Assembly: GCA_964468185.1 (NCBI GenBank)
Contig: CAYXTR010000015.1
Span: 61,837-125,836 of the forward strand
Length of the DNA: 64,000 bases
Direction: 5' to 3'
Origin: an uncultured Planctomycetales bacterium
GTDB lineage: Bacteria > Planctomycetota > Phycisphaerae > UBA1845 > Fen-1342
The notes below the pieces were generated by a model, which saw only the letters and a list, made by a program, of their open reading frames with translations, was not told the DNA's origin and ran no database searches. The position numbers and the translations under genes are program-made. Position 1 is the stretch's first letter, and every line of letters begins with the position of its first letter. This document shows positions 39,445-48,679 of the stretch, piece by piece.

Positions 39445-40284
39445 TCAGCTCCCCAAGGACGCGATGAACGGCCAGATGTCATCGAACGTCACGAAGTCAT
39501 CCTGGTTGACATCGGCGTTGAGCCAGTTGCACTCCGGATAAGCGCCGTAGTACTCCGCACGGCCGGCCAGCGCTTTGACGAACGGCGCGATGTCGTCAAA
39601 ATCGATGCTGCCATCGCAGTTCATATCGCCCCGGCGATACGGGAAGTCGTAGTGCACCATCAACTCAAACTCGACGCCCGTGGGCTCCCAGAACGACGCG
39701 TCACCACACACAGCGAAAACGACTTCATTCTCTCCCGCCACGAACAGGCTGACGTCACAGGTTGAGAACGGATCGCGCGTTGGCCAGGTGAGGATCTGAA
39801 GCCCGTTGTCATCGAACATGTCCTGATTGCCTTCCTCGCAATCCTGCACACCGTAGCAGCTTGGATCAAACGGCCTTTCGGACGACAGCGGATCACAGTC
39901 GGGGACATGCATCAATCCGCTAACCGGGGTCCCGTTCAGATAGAGCACACCCTGGTCATCGACATTCGCCATGCCACTCAGGCTGGCGGCCGATGAACCG
40001 GGCGGCAGGTAGAACGTCCAGCGGTAGAACGCCGAGCCGCAATTGTCGTAGGTCACCTCATCCGCTTGCAGGAAGAACTCGTCCGCCGAAACATAGGGTT
40101 CCAACTCCACGTACACGGCCACACGACCGCCGCCGCCACCACCTCCGTAGTTCTGTGAAAAACCGCCCGCCGCGCCGATCGTACCTTCTCCCGTCAGACG
40201 CTGGGCCGTGATCCACAAGCTACCACCCGCACTGCCACCAGCCGTCTGTCCGTCTGCGACTGCGTAGCGCACCGGCCCGCGCAA
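39445..40284 (-). CDS. C-terminal fragment of a secreted dockerin-type protein (5'-truncated)
   Basis: No signal peptide; starts in beta-rich repeat sequence and ends with a dockerin-like double repeat (DMNCDGSIDFDDIAPFVKAL...NADVNQDDFVTFDDIWPFIASLGS). The 5' end abuts the low-GC segment at about 40.29 kb. Confidence 0.5.
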   Translation of the reverse strand: MRGPVRYAVADGQTAGGSAGGSLWITAQRLTGEGTIGAAGGFSQNYGGGGGGGRVAVYVELEPYVSADEFFLQADEVTYDNCGSAFYRWTFYLPPGSSAASLSGMANVDDQGVLYLNGTPVSGLMHVPDCDPLSSERPFDPSCYGVQDCEEGNQDMFDDNGLQILTWPTRDPFSTCDVSLFVAGENEVVFAVCGDASFWEPTGVEFELMVHYDFPYRRGDMNCDGSIDFDDIAPFVKALAGRAEYYGAYPECNWLNADVNQDDFVTFDDIWPFIASLGS

Positions 40285-40569
40285 AGCGCTACCGTTGTAG
40301 CCCGCCGTTGTGGCGGCTGCAGCATCCCAGCTGCATCGTGTAACGCTATACGGTCACGGATTGACGAATGGGGCTGGCAAATCGACGGATGACCGTTAGC
40401 GCCGGCGGTGTTCCCAGGTGTCTGAATTTGAGGGTGTTCACTCGCCCGCGGCCGAGTCGTATACGGCAACTCGACCAATGGAGCCGGAGGACAACGTATC
40501 GGGACGCGCTCGCGAGACACCTCTGGGGCCCCGTCAACTTCAGTACCTAGGGGTAATCAGCCGATAACC

Positions 40570-40598
40570 TTGACGAGACACTACGCGGAATATATATT
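40570..40598 (+). promoter_or_regulatory. Near-consensus sigma70-type promoter
   Basis: -35 TTGACG (40570-75), 17-nt spacer, -10 TATATT (40593-98), followed by GGAGGA RBS (40607-12) and ATGs at 40612/40621. Confidence 0.35.
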
Positions 40599-40620
40599 GT
40601 CTCAGTGGAGGATGGGAAAG

Positions 40621-40803
40621 ATGAACCACTTTGCGGCACATCAATTGCTCACGTTCTCACCTGTTGCTCATGTTAGCCAACCTGCTTTGCCCAGGTTCCG
40701 TTGGCTGTTCATGTCACGAGTGACACTTATCCGAGGTAAGCCAAGCGACTTTCTTCTACTCGCCAAATGGCTTTCAGATTCTCGGATGAGTTCACGGACA
40801 TGA
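40621..40803 (+). CDS. Small hypothetical protein (about 60 aa) in the low-GC segment
   Basis: ORF MNHFAAHQLLTFSPVAHVSQPALPRFRWLFMSRVTLIRGKPSDFLLLAKWLSDSRMSSRT directly downstream of the promoter/RBS; no family recognised. Confidence 0.3.
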   Translation: MNHFAAHQLLTFSPVAHVSQPALPRFRWLFMSRVTLIRGKPSDFLLLAKWLSDSRMSSRT

Positions 40804-41082
40804 TCACAGCGGACCAATGGTAAAGAGAGGTGGTGACATGACGAGCAGCTAGTCACGAATCCAGTAGCTGACATCATCAACTAGACGGTGCACTGAAGTG
40901 CGTGCGCGCGCCGAGCGTTTGCAATCTGCGCGCTCAGGCAACCACCTTCAAGACACCGTACGTACTGACGGAAGCTCCGTGACCGTTGTGCGCAAAGCGC
41001 GCGGCACCGCGGGACAGGGATGGTATGCGCATATCCGCGCTGGCTGGCAAGAGAGCAGGTGTGTGGGAAGGAGACGATTGCA

Positions 41083-41448
41083 ATGCAGACTACGCCGGAG
41101 TGTGCCGTCGTATCGCGGCGCAGCAAAGGAAGTGCGCGAAAGGGAAAGGGAAGGAGCCAGGCGATGGAGAAAGACCGCCGGGAGCGGGTGGCCGGTAGTT
41201 CGAAAGTAAACAAGAGAAAGCGGTGCCGGGTCACCGCCGAGGGCTATGCGTGGGAGGTGATCGGTCCGCGGATTCGTCGCGGTGAGCTGAGCTTGTCGGT
41301 ACGCCAAATCGCCGTGCTGACCGGACTGTCCATCGGATCCGTGCAGCGCAGTTATGCGTGGAGCCTCTACCAGATGCTGCAGGTACAGGAGCAGGCAGCT
41401 GCCCGCGAGCTTCTGCTGGCGCGCGGCCGCCGTCTCGATTGCGCATAG
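41083..41448 (+). CDS. Small basic protein with putative HTH (possible DNA-binding/excisionase-like)
   Basis: AAGGAG RBS 10 nt upstream of ATG 41083; Lys/Arg-rich N-terminus then HTH-like 'LSVRQIAVLTGLSIGSVQRSYAW'. The antisense 276-aa ORF 40948..41778 is judged the shadow. Confidence 0.35.
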   Translation: MQTTPECAVVSRRSKGSARKGKGRSQAMEKDRRERVAGSSKVNKRKRCRVTAEGYAWEVIGPRIRRGELSLSVRQIAVLTGLSIGSVQRSYAWSLYQMLQVQEQAAARELLLARGRRLDCA

Positions 41449-41823
41449 ACACCGAAGCCTCGACGCTGACGACGGTCGGGCGACCGTGTCAGTTGAAACA
41501 CCGTACCGTTCTACAGAGGGACTGAATCGAAGCTGTGTGGCCCGGGGCCCCATGAAACCACTCGGGAGACCATGTAGCGCCGCCGCGGCCTCGAACGTGA
41601 GGGGTACTTCGATGGCCGTGCCGGCACGGAAACACCCGAGTCTCACCGTTCCGCCTGTTCCGCACGCCGTAACAGGCGGCCACGGGTCCAAACGAGCCTG
41701 GTGCGCCAAGCGGCAATGCGCCCGCAGTGACGCGGTGCATGGCGCGCCTACGGGGTTCTTCGCAAGTGCTCGCATCACGATTCACCTCCTTGGGCCGGAG
41801 AGCGCAAGCCAGGAATTGAACAG

Positions 41824-42885
41824 ATGGGATTGCTTTTTCTGCCGCCAAAGACGGGGTATTCGAGCAGGCAGCGGGTCTTGGTGGCGAGCAAACTGAACGC
41901 TCCGCTTACAGATAGAGAGCGTCAGTGGTTCGGAGAACATGGAGGTGAACGCGTGGAAGTGCTGCTGGACAAGTTGCAGGGGCTCGAGCTGGTTGACCCC
42001 GTGGAGTCGAGTGGGTTGCAGGCATTCGGCCTGCGCTGGACGGCAGACGCACCGCTTGACTATCTCACACTCGATGACGCGCTGGCGGCCAAGGTTCTCA
42101 CGGTCACGGAAGTCGACGAGGGTGGCAGTGTCCCGACGCTTCTGGTGAGCAACGACAGCGACCAGATGGTCTTCCTTATGGCCGGTGAACAGCTCATCGG
42201 CGCCAAGCAGAACCGGGTGCTGAACGCGAGCATCATGGTCAAAGCGAGAAGCAAGCTCGTTGTTCCAGTCAGCTGCGTGGAGCGCGGCCGTTGGGGATAT
42301 CGCTCACGCGCGTTCTCTAGTAGCGGCAGCGCTTCACACGGCACGTTACGGCGCATGATGTCGCGGCAGGCTCATCAGGGATACCGTTCGCATCAGGCTC
42401 CGTCGTCGCAGCAGGGTCAGGTCTGGGGGCAGATCTCCGAGAAACTGACGCAGCTGGGTTCTGTCTCGCCGTCGGACGCGCTCGAGCAGGTCTACGAAGA
42501 TCATCGCGCGCGGCTGGATGCCATAACGCGTGAGGTGCGCGTGCCGGGCGACTGTCATGGCGTCGTGTTCGCCCTTGGCGGGCGTGTTGCCGGCGTGGAT
42601 CTGTTCGACAATCCCAAGACGCTATCGAAGCTGCTACCCAAACTGGTCCGGGCCTACGCCATCGACGCGATCGCAGTGAACGATGCGAAGAACATCGATC
42701 GCGACGCTGTCACCGCCTGGCTGAAGACTGCGCCCTCGGCGACGGCAGAGGTCTATGATTCGCCCGGGCTGGGGAGTGATGTGCGACTCGAATCGCAGCA
42801 GATTGCCGGGGCCGCTCTGGTGGTGGACGACCACGCGATTCACGTTGAGCTGTTCCCTGCCGTCAACCCGGAGCAACAGGCGTGA
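41824..42885 (+). CDS. Hypothetical 353-aa protein, partner of the SPFH gene
   Basis: Long ORF with coding-like codon usage, no TM segments; conserved-looking core 'VLTVTEVDEGGSVPTLLVSNDSDQMVFLMAGEQLIGAKQNRVLNASIMV'. No family recognised from sequence reading. Confidence 0.6.
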   Translation: MGLLFLPPKTGYSSRQRVLVASKLNAPLTDRERQWFGEHGGERVEVLLDKLQGLELVDPVESSGLQAFGLRWTADAPLDYLTLDDALAAKVLTVTEVDEGGSVPTLLVSNDSDQMVFLMAGEQLIGAKQNRVLNASIMVKARSKLVVPVSCVERGRWGYRSRAFSSSGSASHGTLRRMMSRQAHQGYRSHQAPSSQQGQVWGQISEKLTQLGSVSPSDALEQVYEDHRARLDAITREVRVPGDCHGVVFALGGRVAGVDLFDNPKTLSKLLPKLVRAYAIDAIAVNDAKNIDRDAVTAWLKTAPSATAEVYDSPGLGSDVRLESQQIAGAALVVDDHAIHVELFPAVNPEQQA

Positions 42886-43448
42886 TTACCTGTGCGTATC
42901 CATACGAATGGCATGTGTGTCTCCTGCTTGTGACGGAAGAAATCGTTGTGGTGTTTCCTTCTTTTGTTCTTGCCTTCCCTCCGGCCGGCCCGAGGCCGCG
43001 CCGGATTGGTTGGTCGCTTCCGATGGGCGCCGGCGGCGCGGCGAAACCTGCTCAGGCAGTTGTTCGGCGCAGCGTTCCGGCAACGGCATCAACGCCATCG
43101 GTCAAGCACGTATCCCTTTCCGCGCTAGGGGCCGGTGACGACCGCTCGGCAGTGGTGCCGGTTGCGACACGTCTGCACGCGGTTGGGGGGCCGCGTGGCG
43201 GGGGCAGATGCGCCGCAAACCACCGTGTTGGCCTTGCAGTCCCGCTGCGGCCGAACAGCACACATCCGCCCCAGCGTGGGCGCCTGGTTCCGGGGAATGG
43301 GGGAACCAGGACCGACGACTGGAGGTGGATCCCTGTGCTGTCGGGCACGAGATTCCGTCAGCATGGTGGCGTCCCCGCGATCGGAAGTCACCGGCCCCTT
43401 TTTCTGCGACTGCGTATTGGAAACGCCTGAAGAGGAGTAAGAAGCTCA

Positions 43449-44774
43449 ATGGCTAACTATTGTATTGCGGATCATGAAGTGGGGCTGGTGTTTCACGGTG
43501 AGCGACTCGAGTGCATCCTTGAACCGGGCACACACCGGGTCTCCTCGGGGTTGTGGCCCTCGCAACGGCGTCGGGTCGAGGTGATCGATCGCCTCCAAAC
43601 GCGCTTCGAGCATCCCCATCTCTACCGCGTACTCGCGCACAAACCGCTGCGGGAACTGCTGGAAGTGGTCAGTGTCGCTTCCCATCAGCGAGCGCTGGTT
43701 TGGGTGGACGGCCAGTTGCTCACGCTGCTGTCACCGGGCCGATACGCATTCTGGAAGGCCCCGCGCGACGTAAAGGTGGAACTCCTGGACACGCTGAAGG
43801 CGGTACTCGACCACCCACTGTCCGAGAAACTGCTGGAGCACCCGGAGATCCGCGAAGCAGTCGAGGTCGTCGAGCTGAGCGACGATGAACGCGCGCTGGT
43901 CTGGCGAGACAACCGTCTCGCAACCATCCTCGGCCCCGGTCGCCACGCGCTCTGGCGCCGGGAGCCCCAGTTCACAGTCGAGCGGTTCGACATCGCCAAG
44001 CGGCAACTTGAGCACCCCCGCGTCGAAGCGGTGCTCGGTCATTCGCTGCGCAAGACGTTTCTGGAGTTCGTCCGTGTCAGTCCCTATGAACGCTGCCTGT
44101 TGATCGATGGGCGCCAGATCACGGCCGTCCTCGAACCGGGGAAGTACCTGTTCTGGCGCCCGGCGGACGGACTTGAGACCCTGCCGGTCGACCTGCGCGA
44201 GCAGGTGCACGAAGTCGCGGCGCAGGAAATCATGACGCAGGACAAGGTCACCCTGCGTGTCACCATGCTCGTGACCTTCCGCGTCGAAGACGTCGTCAAG
44301 GCGGCGACGGTCGTGCAGCAATACGCGGAAACGCTTTATCGCGAGGCGCAGTTGGCGCTGCGTGCCGCGGTGGGCACGCGAACCGTGGATGCGCTCCTGG
44401 CCGACAAGGCAGCCATCGGAACCGAGGTACATGAAGCACTGCAACAGCGCGCGGCGGAATTCGGTGTGGCGGTGCGCAGCGTGGGTGTGCGGGATATCAG
44501 TCTTCCGGGCGACATGAAAGAGATTCTCAATCAGGTCATCACGGCTGAGAAACGCGCTCAGGCCAACATCATCAAACGCCGCGAGGAAACGGCCGCGGCC
44601 CGCAGTCAGGCCAACACGGCCCGGTTGCTGGCAGATAACCCCGTGCTCGCCCGTATGAAGGAACTTGAGATGCTGCAGGAGATCCTATCTGGCACGGATA
44701 CGACAATTGTGCTGGGCCCGGACGACATCGCAAAGCAGGTGCGGAGCCTGGTCGCAGCGCAGGACGCGGATTGA
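43449..44774 (+). CDS. SPFH/band-7 (stomatin-prohibitin-like) domain protein with four N-terminal about 60-aa repeats
   Basis: GAGGAG RBS before ATG 43449. Residues about 1-250 are 4 repeats (LVFHGERLECILEPGTH / LVWVDGQLLTLLSPGRYAFW / LVWRDNRLATILGPGRHALW / LLIDGRQITAVLEPGKYLFW). C-terminal 190 aa is a band-7 domain (VTLRVTMLVTFRVEDV...AEKRAQANIIKRREETAA...LEMLQEI). Confidence 0.8.
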   Translation: MANYCIADHEVGLVFHGERLECILEPGTHRVSSGLWPSQRRRVEVIDRLQTRFEHPHLYRVLAHKPLRELLEVVSVASHQRALVWVDGQLLTLLSPGRYAFWKAPRDVKVELLDTLKAVLDHPLSEKLLEHPEIREAVEVVELSDDERALVWRDNRLATILGPGRHALWRREPQFTVERFDIAKRQLEHPRVEAVLGHSLRKTFLEFVRVSPYERCLLIDGRQITAVLEPGKYLFWRPADGLETLPVDLREQVHEVAAQEIMTQDKVTLRVTMLVTFRVEDVVKAATVVQQYAETLYREAQLALRAAVGTRTVDALLADKAAIGTEVHEALQQRAAEFGVAVRSVGVRDISLPGDMKEILNQVITAEKRAQANIIKRREETAAARSQANTARLLADNPVLARMKELEMLQEILSGTDTTIVLGPDDIAKQVRSLVAAQDAD

Positions 44775-45099
44775 TGATCCGGCGTTGGGCAACCGCTGAG
44801 AGTGAAACGCTGCGCGGCGGCGGCGTCCTGAAGCAGAATCGTGCTGCCCTGACTTGTCGCAACCTCCATGTACCTTGGCCGCCAGCCTCTCATAGGCCTC
44901 CGCCGCACCCGCGTTCAGTTCTGCCAGTAGTTCTTCCAGCTTGCTTGCCACCGCCCTGCCTCGCGAGGTTTTTTTGAGGAAAGATTGGGTGATCCTCCGC
45001 GATTATACGTTGGAGAGAGTGTGCGATGAACCAGCGCCACGGCCGGAACCGTTGCCGGCCGCGGCCCATGCAATTCATCCAAGACCGAACGGGTGTAAC

Positions 45100-46254
45100 A
45101 TGAAGTCACGGAAATACTTAGCAATTGCCATTACGGTCGGCATCGTCGGATTCGCCGGACCACTCTACGCTCAGAACGGCTACCAGTGGCTCTGCGCCAC
45201 CGGTCACAGTGCGAGCGGATTCGACGGTCCGGTTTACGCACTGACCGAATGGGACCCGGACGGCAATGGCCCTTCAGCACCGCTACTTATTGCCGGCGGC
45301 GCTTTCTCACGTGCCGGCGAGCAAGATGCGAGTAACATCGCAGCTTGGGATGGCGCGGACTGGCGACCGCTTGGTGCAGGTGTTGACGACGCCGTCTTCG
45401 CACTGACCGTGCACGCGGGCGACCTGATCGCCGGTGGCTGGTTCACGGTTGCCGGCACCACTTCCGCGTCGCACGTCGCCAGGTGGGATGGCGATCAGTG
45501 GTATCCGCTCGGCGATGGAACAAACGGCAATATCTTCGTCTTGCGCTGCTTCGACGGGGACCTCATTGCGGGTGGCGAATTCACAACCGCCGGACCGGCC
45601 ACAACTCACGCGATCGCGCGCTGGGATGGTGAGGCCTGGCATCCCTTGGGGGCAGGTGTCAGTCCCGTGGTACTGACGCTGGCGGAATACCAGGGCGAGC
45701 TTGTCGCTGGCGGACTGCTGCTCGCGGACAATCACGAACCGTTCCACGTGGCGTGCTGGGATGGCGCTGCATGGCAGCCGCTCGGACTCGGCACGGACCA
45801 CGCCGTGCGCGCGCTGACGGTCTACCGCGATCGCCTGGTCGCTGGTGGTTTCTTTTCGATCGCCGATGGAGAGCCGGCCGACTTCGTGGCCCAGTGGGAC
45901 GGTCAGCGCTGGTCCTCACTTGGCGACGGCGCCAACGGCCAAGTGCTCGCCTTGACGACTTCCGGCGGGTACCTCTACGCAGGCGGTGCATTCACGACGA
46001 TGGACGGAACGCGCGCAGCCAACATCGCGTGCTGGGATGGGGTCTCCTGGACTCCGCTTGGCATGGGCACCGACGCAATGGTCACGGCGCTCCAATCGCA
46101 CGATGGCGAACTGATCGCTGGCGGGAAGTTTTTAACGGCTGGCGCTTGCCCAGCGCTGCGCTGGGCCCGCTGGGGACGCGCGCAGGGGCGAGACGAAGCT
46201 GCGAGCCCGCGTTTCGGCCGGAGTGCTAGTCAGACACAGGGGGAAAGCCAGTAA
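45100..46254 (+). CDS. Secreted 8-bladed beta-propeller repeat protein
   Basis: Signal peptide MKSRKYLAIAITVGIVGFAGPLYA at ATG 45100; eight about 47-aa repeats of 'W-DG--W-PLG-G------L----G-L-AGG-F'. Confidence 0.75.
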   Translation: MKSRKYLAIAITVGIVGFAGPLYAQNGYQWLCATGHSASGFDGPVYALTEWDPDGNGPSAPLLIAGGAFSRAGEQDASNIAAWDGADWRPLGAGVDDAVFALTVHAGDLIAGGWFTVAGTTSASHVARWDGDQWYPLGDGTNGNIFVLRCFDGDLIAGGEFTTAGPATTHAIARWDGEAWHPLGAGVSPVVLTLAEYQGELVAGGLLLADNHEPFHVACWDGAAWQPLGLGTDHAVRALTVYRDRLVAGGFFSIADGEPADFVAQWDGQRWSSLGDGANGQVLALTTSGGYLYAGGAFTTMDGTRAANIACWDGVSWTPLGMGTDAMVTALQSHDGELIAGGKFLTAGACPALRWARWGRAQGRDEAASPRFGRSASQTQGESQ

Positions 46255-46279
46255 GCGACCACCCGCATAGCGGGTCGCT

Positions 46280-46516
46280 TCAGGAGGCCCCCTTGATGTG
46301 GGCGTCGCCCCAGGGAAATCCCCGCTGGGGTGTTACGCGTCCTCCGAGGTCCAAGTCGCCTTGATTACTCTGAAGTTGCTCGTGCGCGCGGATGTCGTTG
46401 GCGATGCGCTCCTTGTCCAAGGCCACCCTGCTTACCCAGTAGCCCTGGGCCCAGAAGTGCAGTCCCGTCGTCTGACCCATCTTCATGATCTCCGAACGCT
46501 CGAGCAGGGCAGACAC
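46280..46516 (-). CDS. Small hypothetical protein
   Basis: 78-aa ORF downstream of the anti-sigma gene on the same strand; weak support. Confidence 0.25.
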   Translation of the reverse strand: MSALLERSEIMKMGQTTGLHFWAQGYWVSRVALDKERIANDIRAHEQLQSNQGDLDLGGRVTPQRGFPWGDAHIKGAS

Positions 46517-46561
46517 ACGCGTGGGCGCCCAGACCGCCTCCGACCAGGACCATCCCGGCGG

Positions 46562-46831
46562 TCAGTTCGGTCCCGCGTCAGCGCCCTGATCGGGTGGATG
46601 CGCAAGCGCGGATGGTACGGCCCGGCAGATGTCTACGATACGTTGTCGGACCCTGGGGTCCAGACGGGTTTGCCAGGCCTCCCGCAGGTCGGCGAGGATA
46701 CTGGCATCCCCGCAGACGTCTTCGAGAACCATCTGGCAATCTCGGCAGTTGGTGACATGCTCCACAATGGCCTCGGGCAACTCGCCGCGGGAGGCCAGGT
46801 CGCGCAGTTCATCTTGGGTAGGACACGGCAT
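46562..46831 (-). CDS. Putative zinc-finger anti-sigma factor
   Basis: 89 aa, 2-nt gap after the ECF sigma stop; 'HVTNCRDCQMVLEDVCGD' H-x3-C-x2-C zinc-binding anti-sigma-domain-like motif. Confidence 0.6.
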   Translation of the reverse strand: MPCPTQDELRDLASRGELPEAIVEHVTNCRDCQMVLEDVCGDASILADLREAWQTRLDPRVRQRIVDICRAVPSALAHPPDQGADAGPN

Positions 46832-46833
46832 AA

Positions 46834-47466
46834 TTACACCTCGCCGAGCTCGTCTCCCAGTTGCTTCCAGATGCGCTGCAACTTGCGGATCATCGCGTGT
46901 TTGATGCCATACAGTCGGTTCGCGGTGATCTGGTAGTCTCTGGCCACTTTCTCGGCCGGTTCACCATCCAAGGCGTAGCGCACGAACACCTCGTAGTCGC
47001 GGGCACGCACAGCAGCGCTCTCACTCAGTCGCTCGAGACAGAGCTGCCAGCGCTCGATCCGCTCGGCAGACTCCCACTCTGACACTGGCGGAGGATCGGC
47101 GGCCACGACGTGTTCGGCGGCTGTGCTCGAGCAATTCCGCTTCTGCTTCCGGCGATGCGCAACGATCGCATGGGACGTGAGCGTTTTGAGATAGCTGCGG
47201 AACAGCCCGACCTCGTGATCAACCTCGAACCCACGGCCCACCGCCTGCACCAGATTCCGCATTACGTCGGCGAGCACGTCCTCCGCGTCGCTGTCCCCCA
47301 GGCCCGCCCGCCGCGCGATGCGGTAGACGAGTGGGCCGTAGATGGCGAGAAACGTCCGCCAGGCGTCGCCGCGGTCATTCGCCAAGCGGCGAATGAGCGT
47401 GGTGCGGGTGTCGGGGAACTGGCCGTCACACGGTTTGGCCGACTGACTCTCGTTCCGTGTTGCCAT
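46834..47466 (-). CDS. ECF-type RNA polymerase sigma-70 factor
   Basis: Region 2 'FLAIYGPLVYRIARRAGLGDSDAEDVLADVMRNL', region 4 HTH 'EKVARDYQITANRLYGIKHAMIRKLQ'. Confidence 0.85.
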   Translation of the reverse strand: MATRNESQSAKPCDGQFPDTRTTLIRRLANDRGDAWRTFLAIYGPLVYRIARRAGLGDSDAEDVLADVMRNLVQAVGRGFEVDHEVGLFRSYLKTLTSHAIVAHRRKQKRNCSSTAAEHVVAADPPPVSEWESAERIERWQLCLERLSESAAVRARDYEVFVRYALDGEPAEKVARDYQITANRLYGIKHAMIRKLQRIWKQLGDELGEV

Positions 47467-47552
47467 CTGCGAACCACTTCTTTGTCAATCCGACTGGCGA
47501 CGCACATGATCCACGACGTCACGCAGATCGGTTTCTTCACTGCGCCGACGCA

Positions 47553-48497
47553 TCAATCACCGATCAACGCCACGAACGGGTTGATATCGTCGAAGTCGAC
47601 CTCGCCATCCTCGTTGCAGTCGGCGTTGAGCCAGCGGCAATCCGGGTACGCCGCCGCGTAAACAGCCTCTCCTAAAACTGCCAGCACAAACGGATTGATG
47701 TCGTCGAAGCCGATGGCACCATCACAGTTTAAGTCGCCGAGCAAGTCTTCGCACTCGTCCGGTATCCCATTCCCGTTGACGTCCTGCGACGTTCCGCCAC
47801 TGATGTCGCAGACATCGATAACTCCGTTACCATTGCAGTCGCTGCACCAGGGTTGTCCACTGCAGTGCGCGCGATCCCAGGCATCCGGTATCAAGTTCCC
47901 ATTGCAGTCAGGTGCGAACTCCACGATGACACGATACGCCTTGACCCGAAAATAGCGTCCCGGCCAATCGTCGTCACGCCGTGCCCGCACCTGCAGGTTG
48001 GTCAGGTCCGCCTGCGTCCACCCGTTGGGGCGTAGGGCAGTAACGTCGAACCCGTTGGTGGGTCGGTAACAGCAATCGTACGTGCTGTAGATCTGGAGCG
48101 TTTCCTGCATCCAGGACGTCCCGTCCGTTCTGGCCGCGATGCGCATGTGTTCATACGTGTCGTAATCGAATCGACACATGACGCTGACCTTCACACTACT
48201 CACTGCGTACCCCGACGGGATTTGAGGATTCTGCATTTCGGCCATGAGCCAGGTTATGTCATCCGGGGTGTAGTTGATTGCGTAGCTGGGTGGGCTCGTG
48301 TCGCAGTAGCAGCACGGTGCACAGCCCGGATCCCCCTCGGCCGCGTTCCAGTACTCCCAGTCACCCGCCGGGTATACATGTGCGGCGTATTTTGTTGTGG
48401 CTAGGCGTTCTTCGGCGACCACAGCCTGGCTCCCCACAAACGCTACCATGACCAGGGCCCCAACAAACCCAACGATGCAGCGGTTTGCATTGTGCAC
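47553..48497 (-). CDS. Secreted protein with C-terminal dockerin-like double repeat
   Basis: Signal peptide (IVGFVGALVMVAFVGSQAVVA); Cys-rich middle; C-terminus 'DLNCDGAIGFDDINPFVLAVLGEAVYAAAYPDCRWLNADCNEDGEVDFDDINPFVALIGD'. Confidence 0.7.
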   Translation of the reverse strand: MHNANRCIVGFVGALVMVAFVGSQAVVAEERLATTKYAAHVYPAGDWEYWNAAEGDPGCAPCCYCDTSPPSYAINYTPDDITWLMAEMQNPQIPSGYAVSSVKVSVMCRFDYDTYEHMRIAARTDGTSWMQETLQIYSTYDCCYRPTNGFDVTALRPNGWTQADLTNLQVRARRDDDWPGRYFRVKAYRVIVEFAPDCNGNLIPDAWDRAHCSGQPWCSDCNGNGVIDVCDISGGTSQDVNGNGIPDECEDLLGDLNCDGAIGFDDINPFVLAVLGEAVYAAAYPDCRWLNADCNEDGEVDFDDINPFVALIGD

Positions 48498-48679
48498 AGC
48501 ACGCTCTCCCTTCGTTAGCGGCTTCCGCCGCGCAGCGGTCCCAAAACACGGTCCAAAGTCTCACTGCGAACGCCAATCCCCGCCAGCCGGCGCCACTGAA
48601 GGCGCCGGCCGACGGGGCGTGGAGCTATCGGTCGGCCGTCGATCGTGAGCACGGCCGGTCCCCTCACTATACGGGCGCT

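Noticed and set aside
40948-41778. 276-aa ORF on - strand
   Set aside because: Overlaps antisense to the small basic HTH ORF that has an AAGGAG RBS; its translation is Ala/Arg/Leu/Pro-rich without motifs. Judged the shadow, though with low certainty.
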